From: Lama guanicoe
Lineage: Eukaryota
NCBI GenBank assembly: GCA_013239625.1
Contig: MU053873.1
Span: forward strand, 572,524-636,523
Direction of reading: 5' to 3'
Length of the DNA: 64,000 bases
Shown: positions 11,848 to 24,150 of the stretch, one piece after another
Numbering within the stretch: the stretch's first letter is position 1
Layout of the letters: each line of letters starts with the position of its first letter
Notes under the pieces: generated by a model
Seen by the model: the letters and a program-made list of their open reading frames with translations, nothing else
Database searches by the model: none
Told to the model about the DNA's origin: nothing
Translations under genes and position numbers: made by a program

Positions 11848-13799
11848 CTGTAGGAGGAGCAGAGCAGTTTGGGACCTCACTCCTATCCTCCAGACCCCAC
11901 TTCCCAGACCCCCAGGATCCCAGAACCTGCAGCCTGAGCCCAGGATGGGGAATCCACCCCAGAGCCTGCAGGTCTGGTCAGAGACAACTGGCAAGTGGCC
12001 CAAGAGTCCCCTGTAGTGCTGCTGCCCTGGGGCTCGGGGCAGGCCAAGCCGGCAGCAAAGGTGTGCCCGGGCCGCAGCAGTGATGAGACCGCCCCAGGGC
12101 TCTCAGCTCCGCGTGCCAGGCTTCCACAGCCTCTCCAGACGTGCTCACGACGACCCCATGTGGCCAGTACAACGGGTCCCACTGTGCAGGGAAGGATGCT
12201 GCCAGCCAGGATGCTGATCACCTCTATGAGCTGGAAGGCTTCCCTGCCCACCCCCAACTCCTTCCATCCCGCTCCCCTCACCCCAACCGCACCCGCCCCC
12301 TCCCTCAGCTCGTTAACACCCAGCGACACTGTTAACAGAGCCCACGTGAGGCAGCCAGAGCTCCGGCTAATGGGCTGACGGCCTGGTGCAGACAGCCTCC
12401 TGGAGCCTAAGGTTTGGAGGATGGATGGAGGGGCCGCAGCAGGCCCAGGCCAGCTCAGATGCGGGGGGTCATTCTTCCCCCTAGTTGTATGGAGACTGAG
12501 GCCTGAGAACCTGGGTGACTCAGGGGTGGGGAGCAAGGCACTGGGCTGGGGGCCTGGGAACAAGCAACCCGATAAATGACCTTGGGTCAGCCTCAGTCTT
12601 ACCCACAGTAAAATGGGTGGTAATGGTGTGAAGATAAAGAGTTTCACCAAGGACGTCCAGGAACTGTTGTGGGTTGAGAGGTTCTAACCTCTCTCCATTC
12701 ACCTTTGTTCTATGTGTTTCTCTGCTTGCTGTTCCTTCATGGTTACTCAGCCCAAGAAGGGTCCTACAGAGCATTTCCTGTTCAATCCACCCTCACCCTC
12801 TCTGCTCCAGCTCCCGGGGGTCTCCTTGTTCAATTCACCTTTGCCTAAACTGTTCCCCTAGGTGGGGCTTCAGCAAGCAGAAGTGAGCTCGTGTGCCTGT
12901 GCATGCGTGTGTGTGCTTGTGCATGTGCATGTGCGTGCATGGATTTGGAAGTAGAGACAGACAAGACGCCCCCACGCTGCATACCCAGAAAACGAGGCCC
13001 AGAGAGGCTAGGTGGCCAGCCCAGGGTCAGTGTGGGGTCAGGGCTGTTTCTGGTGAGGGCAAGAGTTAGGCTGGCCCAGGCCTGGCCTTAGGGGTCTGGG
13101 AACCCTTGAAACTGATGGTAGAATCCTGCAACTTGGGGTCATTCCCTGATTCTGCTGGACCCACTACAGCCCAGAGAGGGTGGCCATGTGTCTCAAGCCA
13201 CACAGCAAGGTCGCTTGGGCTGGAACCCCAAACTTCATCAAGCTCTTCCTACCTGGTGTCTGTACCTAAGGCCTAGAGCTTCCACCAGTTGACACACGTG
13301 CTAAGACAGGGACAGTGGGCCACACTTGAGTTGCCTAGACCCCCAGACCTCTGACTCTGGACTGCCCCCTACCCATCCAAGATAGGGCTTGAGAACCTGG
13401 TCTCCTAACCAGTGGCCCCATGGCCAGGAGAGCAGCCGGGAAGGGAGAGCTGGGCCAGGCTCCGGGGCTTCTGTGAACCCCAGCCTCTAGGAACTCCAGG
13501 CCAACTCCCGTCTAAGTTTTCCAGGGCTACTGAGGAGACAGTGAGCACCCCACCCCCAGACATGTATGAGCAGAGGCCCAGCAGTTACGGAGGTTGCTGA
13601 GGGGATTCCAATCACCTGGGAGTCTCTGCGCAGAGATGCAGGCACTGACCATGCAACCAGGCACACTCCTGCCCACCCCTCCACAACATACTTAGGTCTC
13701 TGGCTGGCACCATTGTCCTCCTGACCCAGCCACAGGCTCTGCCCACCTCAAACGTCCTGAACTCCAGCCCAAGAGGCTCTTTCAGTCCTGATGGGCACC

Positions 13800-14140
13800 A
13801 GGGCTGCTCCACCTCCAGGCCTTTACACATGAGGCTCCTTTGGCCTGGAATGCTTTCCCCCCACCGTAGTGACCTCTGATGGACCCCTGGTTCCCAGCAT
13901 GGGTGGCATCACATCCCTGGTGCCCTCCTGCCCCCGCCAGCCAACTCTGGCCCTCCTCTGGGCTCTCTTAGACCCCACTCTTCCCCAAGGATTCCTTCCT
14001 AACCACACTGGATTGTGAACTATGAGTCCCTGGGAGCAGGGACCAGGTGTGTCTTGTTTACCACTGTGTCTCCGTGACCTGGAACAGTGTCTGTTCTTCA
14101 GGTATAACCATTTGCTAATAAATGGTTAAGTGAATGAATG
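13800..14140 (+). mobile_element. L2 LINE 3' end
   Basis: gcctggaatgctttcc...gagcagggacc...gtcttgtttaccactgtgtctcc...aataaatggttaagtgaatgaatg. Confidence 0.75.
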
Positions 14141-16479
14141 GCTGGTGCAGGGAACCCACCCATCTGGAGCACAGACAAAGGAGTGAGCAGAAGTTCACGT
14201 TCCACTTGATGGGGGGCCATCACTCAGAGCCCACTTACTCTTAGTTTATAAACGATCCTAGCAAGGGCGAGCATTCACTTTTACTCCCCAAGCAGGCAAG
14301 AAGCAGAAGGGAGGCTGAGGATGCTTCTTGTCCCCTTGTGCAGCCCCTAAGGACCCCCTCCTCCCCCTGGGCCACCACAGGTGAAGGGGATGAAGCCGAG
14401 GTCAGGGGTGGGGGAACCGTTCTCAGACCCCCCCATGTCACGGCCTGGTTTGGGAAGTGGGAACCCAGGGCGGCACCCTACCTTTCTGGGTCCTCAGGGT
14501 GAGATGGCAAAATTCTGAACCCACAGTGGGGCTGTAATGGGTGCTGGCTCTCTCTCCTGCAAGGAGTTGGGGTCCAAGCTGTCCCTCCCACCCTGGCAGG
14601 GACCAGGTGTGGCTTCCAGAGCCCAGGGCTGCTTCAGTTGGAACCCCTGACCTCCTTCTGGAAGTCCCGAGAAAACGCACTGGGCTCAATAGGAGACAGT
14701 TCCAGGGCAGATGAATCTTGGGGAATGTGGGCAGGCAACAGGCCCAGAGGCGACCCTTTCTCAGGCAGGACTAACCTCCCAAGACCACTAGACTGATCCA
14801 AAGACTGCCACTTCCTCATCCAAGATCCCTTCAGCCCCTCCTCCCTGGCGCGTCCAGCTCACACCTCAGTCTTGCTCTGTATTTTCACCTTTGCCAAGAG
14901 CGGTGCCCCAGCACCTGCTGACCCTTGAGGCCAAGTTCAGGGATCACCTTCTCAGCCAGAGAATCAGCTCCAAGTCACACAGACTCGGGGTCAAATCCCA
15001 GCTCTCCTACATCCCTGCTGGGTGGCCCTGAGCGGGTGTTTGCTCACCTGTACAATGGGGCTGCGGAAAAGACTAAATAAGAAAATCAGGTGTGTAAGGG
15101 CTTGGCCGGGCTGGGCCTGGCTCAGAACAGGATGCTATAAATTAGAACCCCCCAGACGTTCAGGCAGAGCCGGAAGGAGAGGGAGGACTAGGTGAGTTTG
15201 GGACTCCAGGTTCACCTTCCCTGGTGCCAGTGGCTGCAGGCCTGTGTTTGGAATCTGGCTCTGCCGTGTGTCAGCCCAGTGTCCTGGGCGAGGCACTCCC
15301 CTCTCTGAATCTCAAGAGCCTCATTTGTGAGATGGGAATGTGACTCCTGCCCGGGTGGCTCTGCCGGGGGCTCCCCGAGTGGGGTGAGGGTTGTGACTTC
15401 CCTGCTGCTGCCATGGGCACACCCCAGCTGGGTGCACTTCCCCAGAAGCCTCGCTGTTTCTGCCCTGTGAGGCTGGGGCAGCCTGCTGGGCTCCATCTTG
15501 GCATGCGGATGCCTGGCCCGGGAAGGGCTGGCAGGGCCTCCGGGTTTCCAGGCTGACACTGTCTCCTACCTGCCGCCTCCAGCCTGAAACCCCAGTCCCC
15601 TCCCTGGCCCGGGCACGTGGAGCTGCATCAGGGCCAGAGTCCCCAACAGGCCCCCAGGAATGCCAGGTCTCAGGGAGCAGGAGTTCAGAGAGGGGGCACA
15701 CGGGCTGAAGGTCACTTTGAGGGGGGCAGTGTCTGTCCTCTGTGGCAACTGCTACTGCCACTGGCCCCGAGCCCCACCACTCTGGCCTCCCTGAGTTCCT
15801 GGCCTGCACAGAGGAAGCTGAAGGGCTTGCAGGGAAGAGGGGCAGAAAAAGGGACTCCCCTGCCCCCTGTATCCTGAATACCCCCAGTTGCCTACTGTCA
15901 ATGCAGACTCCACCATTTGATGGAGCAGGCAAATGCCAAGTCCAGAACCCTGCCCTGGTGGCTGCCTGTCAGTCTGTCTTCCTCCTCCTCTCTCTGACAG
16001 GGCTGGGCTAGAGCCTGCAGCTGCCCAGTTTCCACCCTTAGGTGCTCAAGTCCACAGATGCCCCCAGCCTCAGTGCTCCTGCAGGCCCTGGGGGTCTCTG
16101 CTGTTTGTGTATATCAGGGAGAATCTGGGAGATCCTGTACCTCTGCCTCAAGGGGACAGATGACCCCAGGCCAGCTCTGCCAAGCCATGTCTACCCTGCC
16201 AACTGCCATCCACGGGTCCTCAGGTGCCTCTACTTGCCCTTCAAGGCCCCCTTTCCACCCAGCCCCTCCCCCAGCCTGCCTTTCCGGTCCGGCCTCCTGC
16301 AGGCATAACCTGTGTTCCTTCCTCATGGGCCTTCTCCAATCCTACAGACACCCCCCAGCCCCGTCATGGCCTCCTTACTGCCCTCCCTGGAGCCCTGGGC
16401 CCCACCTCACACCAGGCCCTGTGCTGAGCACTTCCACCTCATCTTCTGTCACCAGCAGTGCTGGGGAGGGGCAATGCCA

Positions 16480-16605
16480 ACCTCCTTACAGATGGAGAAA
16501 CAGAGGCAAGAGAGGCAAGTGATTGGCCAAGGTCACTCCATAAGTCGAGGGTGCAGAGACTCAAGCCCACCATTGCTTGGCTAGGAAGCTCTCACCTTAA
16601 CCCGG
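16480..16605 (-). mobile_element. MIR SINE
   Basis: ttacagatggagaaacagaggc...aagtgattggccaaggtcac. Confidence 0.7.
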
Positions 16606-19022
16606 CACTGTCCCCTCCCTTCCTAGTTCTCCCCGTTGGACTAACTGCCCCTGGATTTCGGCAGCCAGGCACGTACTGTCTGCAGCACTTCATCCCAAGC
16701 TGCTGGGCTCCCTCTCCTCGGCACCCATTACTCTCCCACCGATGGGTGTCCTTTTAGCCAAGCGCCTGGGTCTTACCCATACTACCCTGGGGCAGGAGCA
16801 CGAATGGGACACTGGGGAGGTGGAGGGGGCAGAAGGGGGATCTGTGCCACGGATGGTCACACTTCCCACAGAGTCTCGGCATTCGAGACTGGGGCCTACA
16901 GAGACTTGGTCTCCTAGAAGGAGGGCTTCCAGAGTGCCTGCAGCCAAGAAGGGGGTTGATCATGGAGGACTTCCTGTCCCCATCTGTAGCTGCCTGAGGG
17001 CCAGGAGATGGGCTGGGGCTATCAGGCATCTGCCTGCCCCAGGGAGGGCCTGCCCTTCAGATGTTTCCTGCGCCAGACCCCTTTGCTCTGCACCGCCCAG
17101 GAGAAGCGGACGGGAGAAGAGCAGGGAGTGTGTCTGGCGTGGCTGGTGACTAACGTTCCTGGGCTCCTGCCAGCATGTCTGCCGTGCATGCGGCCTCCTT
17201 GCCCCTGCACTGTCTGCCCTGTGCCCTGCTCACCCCTGCATCCCAGCCTCTTCTCAGTGTCTCCCCTTCCTTGGGGTCTGCCCTCCAGGGCTGGGAGATT
17301 AGGAGAGGAGGGACCCAGTGAGGCCCATAGCAGGGCTGCCAGGGTCATGGTGAGGTGCTGGAAGCAAGAGGAAGGCATGAGGAGGAAGCTGCCTGGGGTG
17401 TGTGCGGTGGGGACAAGGTTTACCCCTGCCCGAGCGGCCAGGAAGAAGGGATGGATGAGGGGCCCGTGGAGAGGGAAACTGGTAAGAGGTCTGGGCTGGC
17501 CCCGGGCAGGAGAAGACAATGTTAGGGAAGAGACAGCCTGTGCCCCATCCCCTGCCCTCTTGGCCTTCATCATGCGTCCCTCCTCTTCCCAGGCCCTGAA
17601 CAAGGTTCTGGTTCCTGGGCCTTGGCCTAGACAGGGCAGGGAATTGGACTTTGGAGTTCAAGGCCAGAGCCTCAGCAGCGGCACCCATCCGTCTGTCCTG
17701 CCCACATCAGACACCAGACCCCATTTCCGTGGCTCTCCCAACCTCTGGGGGCTTTCAAGAGGATGTGGTGAGAAGCAGGTGGCTCACAGCCTGTGGTGCA
17801 GTGCGGGTGGAGGGTATCTGCCTTCCCCCTCTTGATCTTCCCCCTGGCCCAGTCTAACTCCCCCAAGATCTGCTCCCTCCAGGGCTTAGAGATGAGAATG
17901 GACCTCTCTCCGTGGCTTCTCCCATGCTCTCGCCATCATCTCTGACTGTGCTGGTGTCTCGGCTGCAACCCTAAAGGCCCTGTTGAGCCCCAGATCTCAG
18001 AGACCCCTGAAACTAAGATACCTGAAGAGAGGCCCAGCCTCTGGGTGATCGCAGCCCCTCCCCCAAACGCTGACAAGCAGATCCCAGGGGGCCAAGACTC
18101 CCATCAGCCCAGAGCCCCTCACTCCACTCCATACAGCCCTCTGGGAGGTCTGCAGGGGCGGGGAGGGGGGGGACCTGAGCTCCTGCCCCCAGCCCAGTAG
18201 GGGAAGAGCTCACAGGCCCCAAAGGTCTCACTGTCCCTCAGAATCCTCTGTCCAGGGACCCCAGCCCCTGCCATCTGCTCTGATCTCACCTAGCCTGCTA
18301 CCTAAGGTCCCCATTCCTGTCCAGAGGCGGAGGGGCTCCAGGAGGACAGATTTAGGTCCTGGCCTTTCTGCTTTTCCCTTCTAGGCTTGGTTATCGCGAC
18401 CATGCAGCCCAATCTGGCCACTTGTTGTCGCCACCACCTCCCGGGCCGCCTTCCCAGCACTTCGGGCTGGGGGTCCCCGCAGGGCTGTGAAGATGGGGCT
18501 AAGGCCGCAAAAGGGGCTGGGGGCAGCCGGCAAGAGCAGGGCAGTCGCCCTCTCCCCTTCTCTCGCTGCCCGAGCAGATTGGATTTTAAAAGCGACACGA
18601 GCGGAATGTCAATGCGAGCGCAGAGCCGCGGGCGGGCGCCGCGGAGGGGATCAGGATGCGGGTGCCCCGGCCGGGCCAGCGCGGGAGGCACAGCTCGGAC
18701 CCCCAACCCAACCCGCCGCGTTGCCGCACCGTCACCGCGGACTGCGCGGCCCCGTGACCCCGCTGCGGGGCCCGGCAAGTTTCCGCAGCGCGAGGGGCCA
18801 CGCGGACAGGGGCTGGGCCGCCCCTCCGCCTTGGCGACCCCCACCGCGGCGCCCAGGGGTGAGAACTGGTCCTGCCTCCCCGCGCAGCTGCTCTCTGGAG
18901 CGCCCACCTGGCAAGGCGGCACCTGCAGACAGCCCCCTCCGCCCCCTATGCCCCTAGTCCGCGCTTCACCTGGGCGCACAGGTAGGAGGGCCGGCGGGCC
19001 GGGGTCCCGGCGGGGCACTCAC

Positions 19023-19131
19023 CCTCCAGCTCGTCCTCAGGGATGTCCACGGGGCGCTGCTCCGACAGCAGGTTGGGCACGGTGTAGATGCCCCGGTACA
19101 TCAACGCCGCCGTTACCGGGTGGAACGGCAT
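19023..19131 (-). CDS. CABP7: CABP7 (calneuron II) exon 1 coding part: MPFHPVTAALMYRGIYTVPNLLSEQRPVDIPEDELE
   Basis: ccaagATG at 19131; GAGG|gtgagt; 109 bp; exons total 648 nt = 215 aa + stop. Confidence 0.97.
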
Positions 19132-19267
19132 CTTGGAGGCTCCGCGCCCGCCCGCCCGCCGCAAACTTTGAGGTCGGGGCTCATGGGCCGGCGGCGGCCC
19201 CGGGGGCGGCTGGAGCGGGCGGGGCGGGCGGCGGCGGAGGGCGGCCCGGCGGCGGCAGCGGCGGCGA

Positions 19268-19637
19268 NNNNNNNNNNNNNNNNNNNNNNNNNNNNNNNNN
19301 NNNNNNNNNNNNNNNNNNNNNNNNNNNNNNNNNNNNNNNNNNNNNNNNNNNNNNNNNNNNNNNNNNNNNNNNNNNNNNNNNNNNNNNNNNNNNNNNNNNN
19401 NNNNNNNNNNNNNNNNNNNNNNNNNNNNNNNNNNNNNNNNNNNNNNNNNNNNNNNNNNNNNNNNNNNNNNNNNNNNNNNNNNNNNNNNNNNNNNNNNNNN
19501 NNNNNNNNNNNNNNNNNNNNNNNNNNNNNNNNNNNNNNNNNNNNNNNNNNNNNNNNNNNNNNNNNNNNNNNNNNNNNNNNNNNNNNNNNNNNNNNNNNNN
19601 NNNNNNNNNNNNNNNNNNNNNNNNNNNNNNNNNNNNN
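19268..19637. other. Assembly gap (370 N) inside the CABP7 CpG island, probably hiding the TSS
   Basis: run of n. Confidence 1.
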
Positions 19638-19764
19638 CGCTCCCCCAACCCCCGCCCGCCCTTTCCCGCCGCCGGCCCCTGCGCCTAGCCCTCCAAGGGT
19701 TTCTTCTCCCCTTCGCCCCGGGCTCCCCTTTTTCCCTACGGAGAATCACTTGCGGCTCCCTCTC

Positions 19765-19782
19765 CACACACACACACACACA
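19765..19782. repeat. (CA)n microsatellite upstream of CABP7
   Basis: cacacacacacacacaca. Confidence 0.85.
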
Positions 19783-22700
19783 CCAAGTCCGCAGCCACCA
19801 GGACTAAGGTGGGGGGGCCTGGGGGGACCCTTCCTTCCAGCCCCTTGGCCGGCCCCCACTCGCCAAGCAGAGAGCAGGGAACTGAGGACCAGAGACAGCG
19901 AGCACAGGTCGATCCCAGACGCCTGGGTCCCCGAAGAGAATCACACAGTGTTGGTGCCTGGAGAGGCTCCAAAGTGGGGAAACTGAGGCTGAGAGAGAAG
20001 GGCGTTGACCAAGGTCACGGGACAGGGCTGGCAGGCAGGAGCTGGGAACAGGTCTGGGGCAGGCTCCTTTACCCTCTGGCTGAGACCTCCCACCTGACCT
20101 TGCCCCCAGTGGTGGAATCCCAGTCCTGGCTCCTTCCCGAGCCCTCACCACTGGGCCTGCAAAGAGGGAGCCAGGGTCTGTCTCCTGGCTCCTCAAGCAG
20201 TGAGGGACAGAGAGGTGGCTGGGTGCCTGCAGGCCCTGGTGTGAGTGTCAGTTCACATGGCTCCAGGTTAGACCTAAGGCTTTATGCAGGGTTCTCCGAG
20301 GCCACAGGGCATGTGTGCTTGTGGGATGAGGGGGCTGGTGTTCGTGGGAGCAGCATGTGTGTGCATATATCTGTTATCCTCAAGGGTGTGTACATATGTT
20401 TTCGAGTCCACGTGCAGACAGATTTGTATTGGGAGTGTGAGTGGACACCTGTGTGTGCTAAGGTTGTGAGCTGGCAGAGGAGGGGAGGGCAGGAGCCTGT
20501 GCTCAGCTGGGGGCAGTGTGCAGGCCCTTGAGCTGGGAGTGGTTTGGGCATATGTGCTCAGATGTGCATGCATATTTATAGAGGAAGGGATGGCCCTCTG
20601 GCCTCACCATGGACCCAGCTTCAGACCCAACCCCTGGAGGCCCCATGGAAACCCCCTCCCTGCTCTCTGGTCCAATCAGCCCACAGCCCCAGCGGGAAAG
20701 CTGATTGCCACAGTCCTGCCCCGCCCTGCCCTTCCTAGGCTGATTACATTTTTCTGCTTGTTTCTGCTTTTGCTGCTGATTAATCATAGCACTATCTCAG
20801 GGCCTGGGGAGAGGGGACCCAGGGAGAGATGCGAGCCCTGGCTGAGCTGGGCTGGGCCAGGCCTACGCCCCAGCACTTCTTGGGCACGGCTCTGGAGGAG
20901 GGTCCCAGCAGCATCAAACAAATCTGCAGAGGAGCCAGGGAAGACCCCAGCTGTTTGTCTTTCTGTCTCTCCAACCTTTATGGGCCATGTCCATAAGGAC
21001 CAGGGGCTGGGGTTGTGTGAGGAGTCAGAAAAGCCCCACCTGAAGCCTCTCTCATCCACCTCTCCTGAGTCTGTCATTCCAGCCTTGTAGCTGAGTGCTT
21101 TGAGCTCCCTCCGGTCCTTTGGTGGAACAGAGGAGTGGGGAAGAAAGAACCCAGAACTCACAGCCAGGCAGCCTCCTTTGTCTGCCACCTCCTCACTGCC
21201 CTGGGTCCTTTGTCACCTCCTTTAACCCCCTGGGGCCTCAGTTTCCCCTATGAAATGAGGGAGGCAGTGCTATGTCCCAGGCAGCGGTGACGAAGAAGTG
21301 ATAACAACATATGAGTGGTCCCTAGCAGGACCTCCCTGTATCTCCTGGGAGTTTCCTATTAGCATAACCCCCCCCACCGGGGAATAGGAATTAATAATAA
21401 TTAAGCTGCAATGTATTGATGGAGAGCATGAGTGGCAGCAGCTCGCTCCTTTGGTATTTACTGAGTGGCCAGGCTGAGCCAGCCCAGGCCAGCCAGTTCT
21501 CCAGCAGCACCCCCTCACTGAGGGAGGGTGGGCTGGAGCCTGCTGAGGGGCTGGTGGGAAATTGAGCTTCTACTAACTTCCTGAGAGGTCGCCACACGGT
21601 ATGTTGGCGCTTGCCTGACGAATCTCCCACTGAATCCCCTGTGGCTTCCGGCCCTGCTGCCCAGGCCGCAAATCTTCAAAGGACAAGTAGAAGCAGTGGC
21701 TGAGTAAATCAAGCAAAAACCAAATGAGTGGGCCTGCCGAGCACAACCTGCAGGTCTGTGTGGAGGGAGGGCATGGGTGTCCATTGGAGACATGGGCCTC
21801 TCTCCAGGCCTCAGCCTTGGTCTCTGACCATCTTATGACCAGGATGTTCCCTAGGGCAGGCTCCCACCAGGCCAAAGAGACAGGACTTACCAGGGATTAT
21901 AGCCCCAAGGTCATGGTACACCCCATTGCCTGGGCCATCCCTGACCGAAGGCCAGTCCCTGTCCTCACCCCTGGTGCAAAGCCACAGCCCATGGAGCTGG
22001 CTGTGGGTCCAGGGAGTCTCCACTTGCCACCAGTTACACCTGCTCCCCCTTCTCTGGGCTATACCTGGGTTGTGCATGTGACCTGCATGGAGTCCCCTAA
22101 AATCTGAAGGCAGTTTGGCCTTGCCCCCATTCATGGTTGAGGGCACCCTATTCCAGGAGCCAAAGGGACCAGGTTGGGTCATGCAGCCATTATGAGGCAA
22201 GACTGGGGTTCATGCTCAATGCAGGAGCTGGGTAGGGACAGGGCAGGGATCCAGGGGCCAGGCTGATCTCCCCCACCCTTCCAGGCTCAGAGGAAGACTG
22301 CCTCCTCTGGGAACCATTGTCAACTTTGGCCCTCCACTGGGTGCCAGCTACTTTGAGCAAGCTAGGCTGGCAGTCAGAGGATGAAGGAGAGCTGCTTGTA
22401 CCTGGGGCTCACAGAGCAAGTACCAGAGTACTGGGCAGCATGGCCGAGGCTGATGCTCACTGCCTGCTGAAGGGCAGGTGGGAGGTAGGGGGCAGTTTTT
22501 ACAGAGGACTTGAAAAGTCTTGACCTGGGTTAGGGGAGGCAGTGCCAAGAGCAGTAAGAGCTCTGCATGGAGAACCCAGAGCTGGACATGTGCCTTTGGG
22601 TATCTCTGAGCCTCGGCTTTCTCACCTGCAAAATAGGAACACATCCAGCCCCCGAGTGAATGCTTAGATCCTACATGTGAAGTGCTCAGTGCACAGAACA

Positions 22701-23352
22701 TGGGGCTCTTTACTACGAGTCAAGGGAACTCCAGGAGGAGGAGCCAGGGTGGGCAAAAGCTCACAGACATGAGAGGAACACACTCAGCTCTAGAGGGCAG
22801 GGTCCAAGTCTGCATCCCCCAGGTCCCAGTGGCTGGCACAGGGCTGGGCTGGGCTTGGGAAGGTGGTAGGGGCTGGATGAACATCTGCTGAATGAATGAA
22901 GAAGGAAGGAATAAATGAATGAACGAACCATCGCACACCAGCTCACCCGCCCTTCGGCATTGCAGCCCCGTCCTCTCCTCTGCACGTCACGGGGGAGCAG
23001 ATGGCGTGATCGCAGGGTGTGAATTATGTCTGTCGCTCCCCCATCTGGGGAAGGTGCTGCTGCCATCACACTGCACTCCCTGGGGTGCCACCAGAGACTT
23101 GTGGGCCCTCCCGAGGAGCCTCCACAGATTTCCTCCACTAGTCCTTGGCTCAGTGTGCTGGGGACCCCAGGAGAGGTGACCCACTTGTGACTGGGAGAAT
23201 CCACCAAGTGTCAGGGAGGAGAGAGGAGAGAAGTGGGGACTACGTTGTCCAGAGGCTGGGTTCTTCCTGCCCGGAGCCTCAAATCCAGCGTGCTACCCAC
23301 CCTCCCTGGCCAGAGACGCTCTTCCAAGGCCAGAATCCTGTTGCCACCCACA

Positions 23353-23373
23353 TTCAGCACCAGGGAGAGCTCC
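23353..23373 (+). promoter_or_regulatory. REST/NRSF binding site (RE1/NRSE)
   Basis: TTCAGCACCAGGGAGAGCTCC; 18/21 to consensus TTCAGCACCACGGACAGCGCC with canonical spacing; ~4.2 kb upstream of the CABP7 ATG. Confidence 0.75.
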
Positions 23374-23974
23374 CGGCAGAGCCCAGGGCCCAGCTGCACA
23401 GGGTGAAGTTGTGGAGGGACCCGGGACCCGAGAGGGTCTGACAAGGCAGTAAATGAACCCGTTGTCCAGAGGAGGATATCAAAGTTGAGAGAGGGCAAGT
23501 GCCAACCCCAGGGTCTTGCTGGAACACCGCTGACCGCAGCCCTGTCCAAATTGAGGGCCTGCGGGGGGAAGGTGGAAAGGTGCTGGTGCGGGAGGGGCAA
23601 GTCTAGGGAAGGCAGAGGCTCTGGCCTCTGCTCCTTGGCTAGGGAACAATATTGTTCCAAGAACCCTCTGGGGACACTGTCTGGAGGTGAATAAAATATT
23701 CATTGTCCGGGCAAACTCACACAGTCACTTGATGAATAATGGAATTTATAGACCTGCAGAGGCAGACCCAGCTAGGAGAGGGTGCAGGCTGGAACCCAGA
23801 GGCTCCTGCCTGCTCTAATCCCACTCTGCCCTGGACACCCTCTCTGAGCTCTCAAATGTCCAGCTCCCCCAAGTGACAGGAGCAGACAGGACAGAGAAGG
23901 AGGCAGATTCCATGAGAGGAAACAGGGCGTAGGGGACAGGTCCCTGAATTTGTTACTCCTTAAGAAGTAACTTG

Positions 23975-24150
23975 ATGATGGAAAAAGAGCACTGGACTCA
24001 GAGTCCAGTGTGGCTGGGATGAAACCCTACTGTTGTTAACAGTTCTATGCCCTGGGTGTGACACCAGTCCTGCCTCAGTTTCCTCCTCTGTAAAATGGGG
24101 TTGATGCTGCCACTACCCAACCCGGGTTGCTGGGATCTGATGAGATGTCA
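23975..24150 (+). mobile_element. MIR SINE
   Basis: agagcactggactcagagtcc...gcctcagtttcctcctctgtaaaatgggg core. Confidence 0.75.

Larger units (their letters stand above)
18390..19800. promoter_or_regulatory. CABP7: CpG island over the CABP7 promoter, 5'UTR, exon 1 and start of intron 1
   Basis: very dense CpG, GC boxes and GGC runs around the start codon. Confidence 0.9.

Noticed and set aside
18730..18748. Second RE1-like sequence CGTCACCGCGGACTGCGCG in CABP7 intron 1
   Set aside because: Mismatches fall in the core CAGCACC and GGACAG positions; likely chance in a CpG island
18387..19986. Long ORFs (433, 288, 277 and 155 aa) over the CABP7 island
   Set aside because: Inflated by translating the N-gap and by stop-poor GC-rich DNA; only 19131-19023 is supported as coding
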